A stretch of 64,000 nucleotides of DNA from an uncultured archaeon (GCA_964447495.1 CAYUTF010000001.1:96001-160000); one strand, 5' to 3'. Counted from the stretch's first letter, positions 49,690 to 60,214 are shown. The notes: generated by a model not told the origin, from the letters alone. Numbers and translations are program-made.

Positions 49690-52600
49690 CTGAAAAGGGG
49701 GATCAAAGTTTCGCAAGTCAAAAATACAACATTTATTAAAAAATTAATCTTAGAAAACTTTTTATCCTTCCAAAGAGATGAAATTGATTTTTCAAACAAT
49801 TCCCAATTCGGATTTCCAAGATTAATTTTAATAATTGGACCAAATTGGTCTGGTAAAACATCGATATTTCAAGCAATTAAATTTGTTCTAGGAAGCAATG
49901 AAAGAGATGAACGATATAAAAAATGGTCAGATTTTATTAGGAATGGTCAAGATCATGCGATGGTAGAAATCGAAATTCAAAATCAAGATGAATTAATAAA
50001 TATAAAAAGGTATGTTCTCAGAGATAAATCCCCCTATTTTGAAATCCAAAAGCATAAAGATTCAAAATTTAAGAAAGTACAAGCGAATACAGTTCAAAAA
50101 ATTATAAGCGATTTGAAGTTTAATCCTGATAATCACTTTGCTTTTGTAAGTCAAGGTAAAATCGATAGTATTAAAAATTTAAAACCTTTTGAATTGAGCA
50201 ATTTTTTAGAAGAGGGAATTGGGCTCAAAGGATTACGAGAAGAGATTTTAGAAGAAAAAATTTCAATAAATAATCTTAATCAAGATTTTCAATCAATTTC
50301 TACAAAAAAGAATGCTTTAAAACTTAATTTAGAGCTTCTCACACCAAAGTTAAGAAGACTTGAAGAAAAAAAAACACTTTTAGATCAAAAAAAAAACCTA
50401 AATGATGAGTTATTATGGGCAAATAAAGAAAACCTTCAAAAGAAGATTAAAAGTCTACGCATTGAAATTCATCAAATCGAGGATTTACTTAATTCAATAA
50501 ATCATGAGTTGGAGAGTTATAAAAAAATAATAGATCGCAAAGAAGAAGAGATTAATGAGATCATAGAAAAAATAAATCAATTTTCAAAGAAATTGGGAGA
50601 ATTAGAATATAAGAAAAAGGATTTCATAAATCAAATTCAAAATTGGCAACAAGAAAAAGTAGCATTTAAGCAAGAATTAGATAATATGGCAGAGATTATC
50701 TCTCAAGAGAAAATTGAATTAGAAAAATATGTAAATAAGAAGGAACACATTAATAAAGAGATTAAAATACTTGATAATGAGAAAGTTTTACATTCTAACC
50801 ATATTGATGAACTTATTAAGGAACAAAAGAATCTAAGCATAAAGATAAACGAAAACAGAGATTTTTTAGAGAAGTATAACAAGTTAGTATTTGAAAAGGA
50901 GAAGCATTCTAGAAAAATTGAAGATATCCTGACGAGAAAAGAAGATATTAATCATGATATTGAAGACATCTTTCAGAGTTTACAAGACATTGATCATAAG
51001 CTAAAAAAAAATAAATGGTTTTTAGAAAATCCGTCTAAAGATTTGTTGAAACAATTAGATCAAGATTTAAAGAAATTTACAAGGAATGTTTTTGAGCTTG
51101 AGGGAAAAATAGAACAATTAAACTATAAAAAGTCTGAAAATTTAGAAAAATTCAAATTTCTTCAAAAATCCATTCAAGAGAGGCGTATTATACTACCTTC
51201 GAGTATCATTTTATTAAAAGAAGAAATAAAAAAGCGAGATTTGGATAGCAAAGTAAAAGGTCCGATCATTGAATATCTAAAATATGATGATACTCTAAGT
51301 TATGCTATCGAATCTGTATTAGGTGAAAGATTACTTTATAGTTTTGTAGTAAATGATTGGGATACTCTTAGTTTATTGAATCGCCTAAAAAATAAGTTTA
51401 ATGCATATTGTAATATTTATATTACAAAAAAGCTCATAATTTCTTCTTATCCTCAGTTTTCTGCTGAGGGGCTTATTGGTTATTTGGTTGATTTAATTCA
51501 CATTATAAGTGAGGATATTGATATTAAAAAAGTGATTTATTCAAAAGTTAAAAACTGTGTTGTTGTCAATAACTACTATTCAGGCAAGGAACTTTATACT
51601 AAAATGGATTATAAGGGCAAATGTGTGACATTGAAAGGAGAACAGATAGTCTCATACAAATATGTTTATGAAACACCGTATCTGAAAAAACTTAAAGGTT
51701 TTCTTAGTACTGGAACGCAGAAGGAACAAGTAAGAATTTTAGAAAGTGAGATTGAAGCTCTAAATGAAAAAATCAGTAATTTAAGGATCGATTTAACTCA
51801 TCTGGATAATTATCAAAAGGAATTATATAATAAAAAAGACTCGTTTAATGATTTACTTTATAATTTCAATCAAAAACAGCGCCTTACTACAAAAAAAAAT
51901 GAATTATACTCTTTATTATATTCATTAGAAAATGATCAAGAAAACTGTAAAAAAGAAATCACCAATTTGAATGATTTGATTAAAGATTTTAAGGCTCAGA
52001 GAGATCCTGAGTTTTTCAATTGGAATGAAAGATTAAAAGAAATTCCGATTCAAATAAATGATTTAAATGATAAATTAAAAATCATTGGCAAGAAATCAAA
52101 TGAAAATAGAGAAATTTTCGATGAACTAAATAAAAAAATTATTAATTTCCAAAATAAAATAATGCTTAAATCATCTGAATATGAAAACAAGCAAAGACAT
52201 TTTCGTAAAGCTGATAAAAAAGCGTTTTTAATTTATCAAAATTTAGAGCATGTTGAAGAAGAAATTCAAAATGTGGATAAGTCTGTTTTGGAACTGCAAG
52301 AAGTAAAAAAGAGATTTCAAGAAGAAAAATTTGATGTAGAAAAGAACACACTTCATTTTAAAATAAAATTTGAACAAGAAAATTTCAAACTAGATTCTCT
52401 AAATCAAGATTTAATTATTAAAAAGCAAAATTTAGAACGTGTTAACTCTGAAATTGATCCTTTATTTTCTTCTCTTGGAACACAAATTAGGCCGATTGAA
52501 GATATAGAGGGAGATTTAGAAAAAATTGAAAGAGATTTAATAAAATATATTGATATTGATGATACGATTTTAGTTGAAAAGGAAGAAATCCTTAATAATT

Positions 52601-53157
52601 TAAATCAAATTAGTAAAAATCAAAATGATTTAGAAAGAGATATAAATGCCGCTATAGATGCTGAAAAAAAAATGGAACACACATATTATGATAAGTTTAG
52701 TGAAATATTGGTTGAATTACAAGAAAAGATAAATCATAAATTTAAAACTGCAAACATTAAGGCATATTGTTCACTCGAATTAATGGGCAATTTTGAAGAG
52801 CTAGGAATAAATATTAGAGCAGCAACGTCAAAAGACCAATTAAAATCATGTACTGCCTTAAGTGGGGGTCAGATTTCTATGATATCTATTTGTTTAATCC
52901 TTTCTTTGCAAGAAATTAAGCCTTCCCCATTATGTATGTTTGATGAAGCAGGAATGTTTTTAGATGATAAAAATTCAGAAGCTTCTTATCAGATGATTAA
53001 ATCTACACTTGAACAAAATCCAATCCAATTATTCATGTTTTTACCCAAATCATCTAATCATTTGTTTCTATTAGCGGATAAATTAATAGGAGTCGCTAGA
53101 GTGGGAAAAAATGAAGTATCAACAATATTTAACCCAAAAATTATTAGGGGAGATTGA
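49690..53157 (+). CDS. smc: SMC-family ATPase, SMC5/6-like; true start upstream of the ORF-track start
   Basis: Frame is open from 49684: FIKKLILENFLSF...IIGPNWSGKTSI...DFIRNG, Q-loop FVSQGKI, coiled coils, hinge, LSGGQ, MFDEAGMFLD. Exact start uncertain. Confidence 0.88.
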   Translation: MKRGIKVSQVKNTTFIKKLILENFLSFQRDEIDFSNNSQFGFPRLILIIGPNWSGKTSIFQAIKFVLGSNERDERYKKWSDFIRNGQDHAMVEIEIQNQDELINIKRYVLRDKSPYFEIQKHKDSKFKKVQANTVQKIISDLKFNPDNHFAFVSQGKIDSIKNLKPFELSNFLEEGIGLKGLREEILEEKISINNLNQDFQSISTKKNALKLNLELLTPKLRRLEEKKTLLDQKKNLNDELLWANKENLQKKIKSLRIEIHQIEDLLNSINHELESYKKIIDRKEEEINEIIEKINQFSKKLGELEYKKKDFINQIQNWQQEKVAFKQELDNMAEIISQEKIELEKYVNKKEHINKEIKILDNEKVLHSNHIDELIKEQKNLSIKINENRDFLEKYNKLVFEKEKHSRKIEDILTRKEDINHDIEDIFQSLQDIDHKLKKNKWFLENPSKDLLKQLDQDLKKFTRNVFELEGKIEQLNYKKSENLEKFKFLQKSIQERRIILPSSIILLKEEIKKRDLDSKVKGPIIEYLKYDDTLSYAIESVLGERLLYSFVVNDWDTLSLLNRLKNKFNAYCNIYITKKLIISSYPQFSAEGLIGYLVDLIHIISEDIDIKKVIYSKVKNCVVVNNYYSGKELYTKMDYKGKCVTLKGEQIVSYKYVYETPYLKKLKGFLSTGTQKEQVRILESEIEALNEKISNLRIDLTHLDNYQKELYNKKDSFNDLLYNFNQKQRLTTKKNELYSLLYSLENDQENCKKEITNLNDLIKDFKAQRDPEFFNWNERLKEIPIQINDLNDKLKIIGKKSNENREIFDELNKKIINFQNKIMLKSSEYENKQRHFRKADKKAFLIYQNLEHVEEEIQNVDKSVLELQEVKKRFQEEKFDVEKNTLHFKIKFEQENFKLDSLNQDLIIKKQNLERVNSEIDPLFSSLGTQIRPIEDIEGDLEKIERDLIKYIDIDDTILVEKEEILNNLNQISKNQNDLERDINAAIDAEKKMEHTYYDKFSEILVELQEKINHKFKTANIKAYCSLELMGNFEELGINIRAATSKDQLKSCTALSGGQISMISICLILSLQEIKPSPLCMFDEAGMFLDDKNSEASYQMIKSTLEQNPIQLFMFLPKSSNHLFLLADKLIGVARVGKNEVSTIFNPKIIRGD

Positions 53158-53808
53158 ATGCCAGATTCCATGATCTTACCAGAAGAGATTCATAATCAGC
53201 TAATTAAAGTAAAGGAAGATATCTTATCAGGTAAGATCTATTTATTAGAATTAGAATTAAACCCTATCTTTCAAAGCATCAAAGATTCAGTCAGTAAGAA
53301 CAACATTTTTCAATATTCTCAACTTTTCAAAGAAACTTACCTGATTTTAAATCAAAAGTTTGAAGAATTAAAAAGCCTGCTTATGAGGATGGATAATGAG
53401 CAGAAATTTATAAAATACTTAGAAACAAATCCTAAGGATTTAGAAATTGCGGTTTTATATGAAGGGTGTTGGAATGGCTCTCTACAGGTTGAATCCTTAT
53501 CATTTGAATATTTACAAATGAGTAGAAATAGATTATTAAATTTTCTTAAAGAACCAATAAATATAAAGGAGTTATCAAGATTAGATTTTAAGGATCAATT
53601 TTTTTTAGAAATACCAAAACTAAAATTTACCGAAAAAATGAATGAATATCTCCAGACAATAATAGATAAGCTACCTTGTCAATTTGGAGATATTTTTGAA
53701 AATGAGAAAGATCAAATGTTATTATATGAACATTTTATTTTTCTTTTGCATCTTCTTCAATTAGGAAAGATTAAATATCAAAAAGAAACAAAAACATTAT
53801 ATATATGA
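53158..53808 (+). CDS. Kleisin (ScpA-like) subunit
   Basis: Directly abuts SMC; C-terminal winged helix FIFLLHLLQLGKIKY resembles ScpA FLALLEL...GKI. Confidence 0.7.
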   Translation: MPDSMILPEEIHNQLIKVKEDILSGKIYLLELELNPIFQSIKDSVSKNNIFQYSQLFKETYLILNQKFEELKSLLMRMDNEQKFIKYLETNPKDLEIAVLYEGCWNGSLQVESLSFEYLQMSRNRLLNFLKEPINIKELSRLDFKDQFFLEIPKLKFTEKMNEYLQTIIDKLPCQFGDIFENEKDQMLLYEHFIFLLHLLQLGKIKYQKETKTLYI

Positions 53809-53811
53809 GGA

Positions 53812-54342
53812 GTGAATGATATGAATGAGCTTTCAATAATAATGCATTTATTAAGTAGACGTATTAATAAGCATCAGATTGGTGCAACAGAAGATGAGAT
53901 TTGCGAAATATTAAATATTTCTGGGAAAAATCAATCACTTTTATTTAACCAATTAATGATAAATCTATCAAAATACATTGAGATATTGGGGTTAATTATA
54001 AAATTTAATTCAATCGATTCTCATTGGTTTATATCCTTTGAAGCTGAAATGTCTGATATAATAAAAGCTAATCCCTTTGAAAATAAGCCAAGGCTAGCAG
54101 CTACTTTGTTTTGTGTTATAATAAGTTGCATAACCAATTTTGGAAAAACCACAATTTCAGAAATAGTAAAATTAAGGAAAAAGAAGGGGATTCTTGTAGA
54201 TTTAAGAGAATTAGAAAATTATGGATATATTATATTAAATAAAGATTCTGGAGAAATAAAGCTTACACCCTTAATAGGATATCAATTAGATATAAATAAA
54301 TTATTTATAAATTTGGCTTTAAAATTAAGAGAAGAAAATTAG
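53812..54342 (+). CDS. Kite (ScpB/Nse1/Nse3-like tandem winged helix) subunit
   Basis: 176 aa with two WH-like halves (NLSKYIEILGLII; LAATL...DLRELENYGYI...IKLTP); third gene of the SMC operon. Confidence 0.65.
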   Translation: MNDMNELSIIMHLLSRRINKHQIGATEDEICEILNISGKNQSLLFNQLMINLSKYIEILGLIIKFNSIDSHWFISFEAEMSDIIKANPFENKPRLAATLFCVIISCITNFGKTTISEIVKLRKKKGILVDLRELENYGYIILNKDSGEIKLTPLIGYQLDINKLFINLALKLREEN

Positions 54343-54363
54343 TTCATTTTAGAGTCTTCTAGA

Positions 54364-54999
54364 CTAATGGGTTGTAGTGACATTTAAAATCATTTCGGCG
54401 ACACGATTATTATATTTCTCAACATCGATAAAGTTGTCAATAGTCTCACCACAAGTTACATATACATCGTTAATTTTAATCTTTCTTGCTGTGAAAAAAT
54501 CAATTATATCTTTTTTCATTGTTTCAAGCTTCTTCTCTCTGTCTCCGTCTAATAAATCAATTTTATTAATACATACATAAATCTTATCTGGGAAAAATCG
54601 TACATCATTAAAAAAGTCAAATTGTTCATTTAATTCACGGTCACAAGAAAAAATAGCGATTATCTGAGTTGCGATCCTACTTATAGTTATAATTCCCATT
54701 TTCACTACGGCTCGCTTTCGATCTCCTCCCGGAGCGAAAATTGTATGAGCTTTGCCAGAGTCTACTTCTCGAAAAACTACTCTATTTGGATGGATAGTTT
54801 TAGTTTCTTTTTCATTAAGAGTATCATCTTTATTTCCTGAAGGTACTGTTGCCTCGCCTGAGAAATCCGTTTTTAGAACTGTACATTTTTTCCCACCTTC
54901 TACTTTTTCAATATCTCCTTTGCTCAAATACCTAACAAAAAGACGTAAAATAGAAGTTTTACCCGCTGATACATCTCCTAGGATTCCGATATTAACCAC
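54364..54999 (-). CDS. Ras-superfamily small GTPase, MglA-like G3
   Basis: G1 GDVSAGKTS, G2 TKTI, G3 FAPGG, G4 NKID, G5 TCG. Confidence 0.82.
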   Translation of the reverse strand: MVNIGILGDVSAGKTSILRLFVRYLSKGDIEKVEGGKKCTVLKTDFSGEATVPSGNKDDTLNEKETKTIHPNRVVFREVDSGKAHTIFAPGGDRKRAVVKMGIITISRIATQIIAIFSCDRELNEQFDFFNDVRFFPDKIYVCINKIDLLDGDREKKLETMKKDIIDFFTARKIKINDVYVTCGETIDNFIDVEKYNNRVAEMILNVTTTH

Positions 55000-55811
55000 T
55001 AAACTTCACCCTCCAATAATTTGTTAAGTAATAATTCATAATCTGGAATTAAAAACTGTTCCAAATATGCATTATTATGAGATTCAATTAGCGCAATTAA
55101 TACTTCTTTTAAGTTTTTAGCTTTCTCAGCATATTGAATTATATGTTCAGGTGACGGATCACTATTAAATTCTCTAACTTTTTCATCAAATCCAAATTTT
55201 GAACGATCAGGTAAGCTATTAAAGAAACCAAAAGCAGAATATCCTTGATATTGGAAAAATACAAAAAATCGTGTTTTGATAGATCTTATTATTTTTGTGA
55301 GATATGCTGAAGGATAAATTTCTCCTAATGTGAGTTCTTCATCTTGTTCGATTACAAAATATGGAGATATAGGAGAAACTTGGTTTCCATACATTTCCTT
55401 AGGAGGTAATGATATGAATGGAAGTTTTTCAGCTACAATTGTCCACAAATCTTCTCGTTTTTTATCCAATAAAATATCTTTTATTTCATCGTAAGCAAAA
55501 TAAAAATCAGATTGCAAAGCTAACAATGAACTTAGATACACTGATAAAGAGGCAAATGTGGCTTCCAATAATGGTCTTCTACCTTCATCGCTATCTGAAG
55601 GCTTAACAGCGCCTTTCCATGCTCTAAGCCCAGTATATACAAAACCTTTTATATCAAAGAAGCTTCCTGAAAGAAAGATAAAAGAAGGGATGAATCCTTG
55701 TTCCTTCGTAAGAAAATCTCGTGATTTATTAATCAAGACTTCTTCAAGATACTTATCATTGAATTTCGAATGAATAATAGGCATTATTAGCCATTTTTTC
55801 TCTTTTGGCAA
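54999..55811 (-). CDS. Hypothetical protein, translationally coupled to the GTPase
   Basis: 270-aa ORF whose TAG overlaps the GTPase GTG by one base. Confidence 0.75.
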   Translation of the reverse strand: MPKEKKWLIMPIIHSKFNDKYLEEVLINKSRDFLTKEQGFIPSFIFLSGSFFDIKGFVYTGLRAWKGAVKPSDSDEGRRPLLEATFASLSVYLSSLLALQSDFYFAYDEIKDILLDKKREDLWTIVAEKLPFISLPPKEMYGNQVSPISPYFVIEQDEELTLGEIYPSAYLTKIIRSIKTRFFVFFQYQGYSAFGFFNSLPDRSKFGFDEKVREFNSDPSPEHIIQYAEKAKNLKEVLIALIESHNNAYLEQFLIPDYELLLNKLLEGEV

Positions 55812-55956
55812 AGTTATCTCACTTCACATGTTATTTAAGAATATAATAAAAATGCTGAATAATTAATTTTTTGCATTTTTATTAAACAATATGTTATACC
55901 AATATATTTATTCCTATTAGATAAATAATTTTTAATTCCAATTTAAGTTTTGAAGA

Positions 55957-56595
55957 TTAATTGGAAATTTTTTCGCAAGCTAATAATTCTCGTATTTTTT
56001 CAGTAATTAAATCGTAATCATTTATTGAGTGCAAATTAGAAATGTGGATATATTCAATTTTATCCGTGTTCTTGAAGAAGCTATAACTCACACTTAAATT
56101 TGGGTTATTTTCCTTTATCTTGATGAGAGCCCCTCTTAAAAAGAGATTTATAAAATTTTCAGACGTTTCTCTTATAGCCCTTATTTCAGGATTCATGAAC
56201 TTAATTTCTACTTTTTTAAAATCATACAAGTTGAGGATACAAAGAAGATCTTCTTCTTTTTGCTTTTCATCTGAAAATATCTTGCGTTTTATATTAGTTC
56301 CCTTGAATTTTTCTTCTGAGATATCTTCCTTAAAATAATCTTCAACAGAAATAGTTTCCTTTTTCACTAAATCGGAGTATAGTTTATCTGCACTAGAAAA
56401 CGATTTATTCGTTATTATTGAATTGAGATAATTTAAGATTGTATGAATTTCAGAAATTTCTGTTTGTAATTCTTCTAATTGGTCTTTTTTCTTATAATAA
56501 AGACTTTGGAGCATAGAAAGTATTTGAGTTAATTTTTCCGTTTCCGTTTCTTTATTGGTATGGTCCGAGGTCTTCATATATATTTTTAAAGACAT
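55957..56595 (-). CDS. Hypothetical protein with N-terminal coiled coil
   Basis: 212 aa; heptad pattern over roughly residues 15-60. Confidence 0.75.
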   Translation of the reverse strand: MSLKIYMKTSDHTNKETETEKLTQILSMLQSLYYKKKDQLEELQTEISEIHTILNYLNSIITNKSFSSADKLYSDLVKKETISVEDYFKEDISEEKFKGTNIKRKIFSDEKQKEEDLLCILNLYDFKKVEIKFMNPEIRAIRETSENFINLFLRGALIKIKENNPNLSVSYSFFKNTDKIEYIHISNLHSINDYDLITEKIRELLACEKISN

Positions 56596-56644
56596 TTATT
56601 TTATTTATTTATTTAGTATTATTTGTATTAATCAATAATTTTTA

Positions 56645-57526
56645 ATGGAAAAAATCATGCATACAATGATTATAACACCTAAACCAAATGACAACGAAGT
56701 AAAGATTCTTGCAAAAGAATTTAATAACAGGGGGTATAGTGTTGAATATTTTATCCCTGAAAAAGTTAAGGTTACAGTAAATCTTAATTATTTTGGAAAC
56801 CTTTTTGAAACACTTGAACCTAAAGCAGCATTAGTAAGAGGTTTTGGCGCTGCTGCAACCCAGAAAATCTTTTTTAGACTCGATCTATTAAGTGCAATCG
56901 AAGAATATGGAATAACTCTTATTAATTCTAGGACTGCATTAGAAATTTCAAGTGATAAATTCTTAACATCTGTATACTTGGAAAGACATAATGTGCCTAC
57001 TCCAAAGACTGTCGTATGTGAAGATCCAGAAGAAGCCTTATCTTCATTTGCGGAACTTGGAAGTGATGTGGTGATAAAACCACTATATGGATCGAAAGGT
57101 ATCGGTATCTCCCGCTTGAACGATAAAGGCTTAGCAGAAAATGTAATTTATACTTTAGCAGAATTAAATGAAATATTCTATCTACAAGAATTTATTGATC
57201 ATAATAACCGAGATATTCGCATTCTCGTTATAGGTGGTAGAGCTGTAGCGGGGATGTATAGAGTAAGTGATAATTGGAAAACAAACATTCATGCCGGAGC
57301 TCATATGGAACCAATAGAATTAACTAAAGAATTGAAAAATATTGCGATTAAAGCAGCTAAAGTCACAAAAACCGAAATTGCGGGTGTAGATATAATTGAA
57401 ACGGAGGATGGATTAAAGGTGTTGGAAGTGAATTCTATACCTGGTTTTACAGCATTGCAAAAGGTAACTGATATTAATCTCGCTGCGGAAATAATTTCTT
57501 ATTTTCTTAAAAATGCAAAATCATAA
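56645..57526 (+). CDS. RimK/LysX/MptN-family ATP-grasp alpha-L-glutamate ligase
   Basis: SDKF, VPTPKT, VIKPLYGSKGIG, QEFI, DIRILV, WKTNIHAG, AGVDII, LEVNSIPG. Confidence 0.9.
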   Translation: MEKIMHTMIITPKPNDNEVKILAKEFNNRGYSVEYFIPEKVKVTVNLNYFGNLFETLEPKAALVRGFGAAATQKIFFRLDLLSAIEEYGITLINSRTALEISSDKFLTSVYLERHNVPTPKTVVCEDPEEALSSFAELGSDVVIKPLYGSKGIGISRLNDKGLAENVIYTLAELNEIFYLQEFIDHNNRDIRILVIGGRAVAGMYRVSDNWKTNIHAGAHMEPIELTKELKNIAIKAAKVTKTEIAGVDIIETEDGLKVLEVNSIPGFTALQKVTDINLAAEIISYFLKNAKS

Positions 57527-57565
57527 AAAAAAGAGTAAAAAATTAATTATTCAGTAATGCTGAAA

Positions 57566-57913
57566 TCACAATTCTTCAATCAATCCAATTAAAGCAGCAA
57601 TAATTAGCAACACACATGCCCATATTCCTGCTAGAAATATCACTAATAATATTCCAAGAATGAACAACACTAGCCAATGAAAGGGAAATGGTTTATCTGG
57701 TTTAATCCCAACTAACAAGGTTAGTACAACAATAACTAGTCCAATAATTAAAGTTAAAAACCTTTCAAGAGGTATTATATTTGGTACAATTATAGGAACA
57801 AAACCTAATCCTGCTAGAGAAGCAAAACCAGAAATTATCCAAACTAAACCAACTAATCCACCTAATATAGTTAAAAATTTCATAATTCCTTCATTTTTAT
57901 AATGTTTCGCCAT
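57566..57913 (-). CDS. Small membrane protein
   Basis: 115 aa, 3-4 hydrophobic helices. Confidence 0.75.
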   Translation of the reverse strand: MAKHYKNEGIMKFLTILGGLVGLVWIISGFASLAGLGFVPIIVPNIIPLERFLTLIIGLVIVVLTLLVGIKPDKPFPFHWLVLFILGILLVIFLAGIWACVLLIIAALIGLIEEL

Positions 57914-58097
57914 TTTAAATCAATCACCATGTATTTATTATTATTTATAAGATAATTAGGGATAAAAATATATAATATTTTAAAAAGAAGTATGTCATTT
58001 AAAAATAAATTTTGGTAAATGACACCTCATTATGTAATATTACAATAATATCCAGATATTTTCAATTTTTAAATAAAATCTATTCTGCAAGAATTAT

Positions 58098-58262
58098 GTG
58101 ATAGAAGAAAAATTAACTAAATTTAGAGACGAATTACAAACTGCTAAAAATCTAATAAATAACAGATATGCAGATCGCGATTATTATAAAGAAATGATAT
58201 CTCACTTAGAAAAAATGATTAAATTTTATGAAAGACTAAAACTTTGGAAAGAATATATTTAA
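58098..58262 (+). CDS. Small helical hypothetical protein (54 aa, not in ORF track)
   Basis: GTG start: MIEEKLTKFRDELQTAKNLINNRYADRDYYKEMISHLEKMIKFYERLKLWKEYI*. Confidence 0.55.
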   Translation: MIEEKLTKFRDELQTAKNLINNRYADRDYYKEMISHLEKMIKFYERLKLWKEYI

Positions 58263-58285
58263 AAATTGAGTTCTTAAATTAGTTT

Positions 58286-58888
58286 TTAAAGATCAAATAA
58301 ATTAAGGTTAAATTCGTATTTTAGTATGTTAAATATTTTATGCATTGGTAGACCCACAACATTTGAGGGAGAACCATTAATACTTTTTATAAAGATACTA
58401 GCTTTATCTTTAATTGAATAAGCTCCAGCTCTCCCTTCCCATTCGCCTGTATCAATATACTTTTGAATCTCATCATCAGATAGCTTCATAAAAGTAACTT
58501 TTGTTTGATCAAAATCTTTAAGAATTTTATCATTGTTATTTTGAGTTATTGCAATACCAGATATTAAATTATGAGTAGAATTGTTCAAAGTTTTTAATAT
58601 CTCAAATGCATGCTCTTTATTCGTTGCCTTTCCAATGATTTTTCCGTTATATTCTATGATCGTGTCAGCAGCAATCACAATGGCATTGTCACTTCTTTTC
58701 ATTAATTTTTTTTTAGCTTTAAGTGCTTTAATTTCTGACAGTTTCATCACAAGTTCAAACGGATCTAAATTTTGATCTTTATACTCATCCTCATCAACAT
58801 TTGTAATTATTATTTCAACGGGGATTCTAATTTTTTCAAAGAGTTCTCTACGATCAACTGATCTTGAAGCGAGTATTATTTTTTTCAT
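58286..58888 (-). CDS. maf: Maf nucleotide pyrophosphatase
   Basis: ILASRS..RR, IAADT, GRAGAYSI, GSPSNVVGLP. Confidence 0.92.
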   Translation of the reverse strand: MKKIILASRSVDRRELFEKIRIPVEIIITNVDEDEYKDQNLDPFELVMKLSEIKALKAKKKLMKRSDNAIVIAADTIIEYNGKIIGKATNKEHAFEILKTLNNSTHNLISGIAITQNNNDKILKDFDQTKVTFMKLSDDEIQKYIDTGEWEGRAGAYSIKDKASIFIKSINGSPSNVVGLPMHKIFNILKYEFNLNLFDL

Positions 58889-59033
58889 ATTTTAAAACGA
58901 AATTGATTATTATTAAAATAATTATTAATAAGATGAAAATAATTGTAAATTTATCGGGAGAATAAAACTATTTTAATAAAGATTTTTAATTTAAATTAAT
59001 AGCATAAATTATACTAGGTTTCATTAGGAGAAA

Positions 59034-60146
59034 ATGGTCTATTTTGTTCTTTGTTTCATTTTAATTATGTTTTCCTATCTCGTTATTCTTTATGCCTATT
59101 TATATTTTTCAGATAAATTAGAAGCAATAAATAATTTTTTTGGATTTTCAGCGCTTTTTATCGTTTTTGCAAATATTTTAATAGTAAACATAAAAATGTA
59201 TCAAGATATCTCGCTTCGTTTAGACTTAGTACCTGGATTTTTATTTGGATTTGGATTTCCAATCATTTTAAATGGTCTATTGGTAGTGATTTCGACATTA
59301 ATTGTCATCTCATATAAAAGATTTTTTAAGTCTATAGATCTTAAAGATTTCAAATTAAGGATGGAAAGGAAGTTAGCGGAAAGGAGTAAAACTAAAAACG
59401 ACACTTATCGTAAGATTCCACATGTCTTAATATTTATTGGATTACTTCTCTTATGGTTAATTGGAGCTATATTTGTAATTAATCTTACTGGATCAACTGA
59501 AGGAATGATCCCTTCTGAAAATAATATACTATATCTATATATCCAAATTTTAACTGAAACAGGCAATATAAAACCTATCCTTCTTTCATTAGGGTGGTTC
59601 TATTATTTGCTTTTTTTCTTTTTCTATATCTTTTGTATCTTTATGCTGTTTAATGAATTTACACGAAAAATAAACTCGTTATCTTATCCATTTAATCTTT
59701 TCTGTACTATTTTTTTATGTGATAATGAAAAGAAAAGTTATGGTACTTATCTACATTTCGCCATTGGCTTGATGATTGCTTCTTTTATTTCCCCTCCAAT
59801 GGTATTATTTTCCATTTTAGGGATATGTTCCATTTCAGATTTAATGACTAGTCAAATTGGAATTCGATATGGCAGAAAGCATATTAAGTGGAACAAAGAT
59901 AAAACCTGGGAGGGTGCAATTGCGGGAATAATATCATCATTTATCATATGTTTCTTTTTCATCGGAATTATATGGGCAATAATTTTTACACTTATCTTTT
60001 TCATTTTTGATATTTTAACCATGAAACCTCTTAATATATCTGATAATCTAATAGTACCAATAGCTTGTAGTGCTATTTATTTTGTAATTCGATTTACTTT
60101 TAATTTAGATTACATAATTCCAATTATAGAACTATTAGGGATCTAG
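59034..60146 (+). CDS. CTP-dependent polyprenol/diacylglycerol kinase family membrane protein
   Basis: RKIPH, SD...SQIGIRYG, KTWEG, SDNLIVP. Confidence 0.82.
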   Translation: MVYFVLCFILIMFSYLVILYAYLYFSDKLEAINNFFGFSALFIVFANILIVNIKMYQDISLRLDLVPGFLFGFGFPIILNGLLVVISTLIVISYKRFFKSIDLKDFKLRMERKLAERSKTKNDTYRKIPHVLIFIGLLLLWLIGAIFVINLTGSTEGMIPSENNILYLYIQILTETGNIKPILLSLGWFYYLLFFFFYIFCIFMLFNEFTRKINSLSYPFNLFCTIFLCDNEKKSYGTYLHFAIGLMIASFISPPMVLFSILGICSISDLMTSQIGIRYGRKHIKWNKDKTWEGAIAGIISSFIICFFFIGIIWAIIFTLIFFIFDILTMKPLNISDNLIVPIACSAIYFVIRFTFNLDYIIPIIELLGI

Positions 60147-60214
60147 ATTGATTGAAAGTATGAATAAAATCTACTCTTTTGTATTGCTAAACATTTTTAA
60201 GGTATTCAACTTTA

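Noticed and set aside
49690-54342. Wadjet/MksBEFG anti-plasmid system
   Set aside because: Gene order is SMC-kleisin-kite, no Toprim (JetD/MksG) gene is adjacent, and the head motifs are SMC-like rather than MksB-like.
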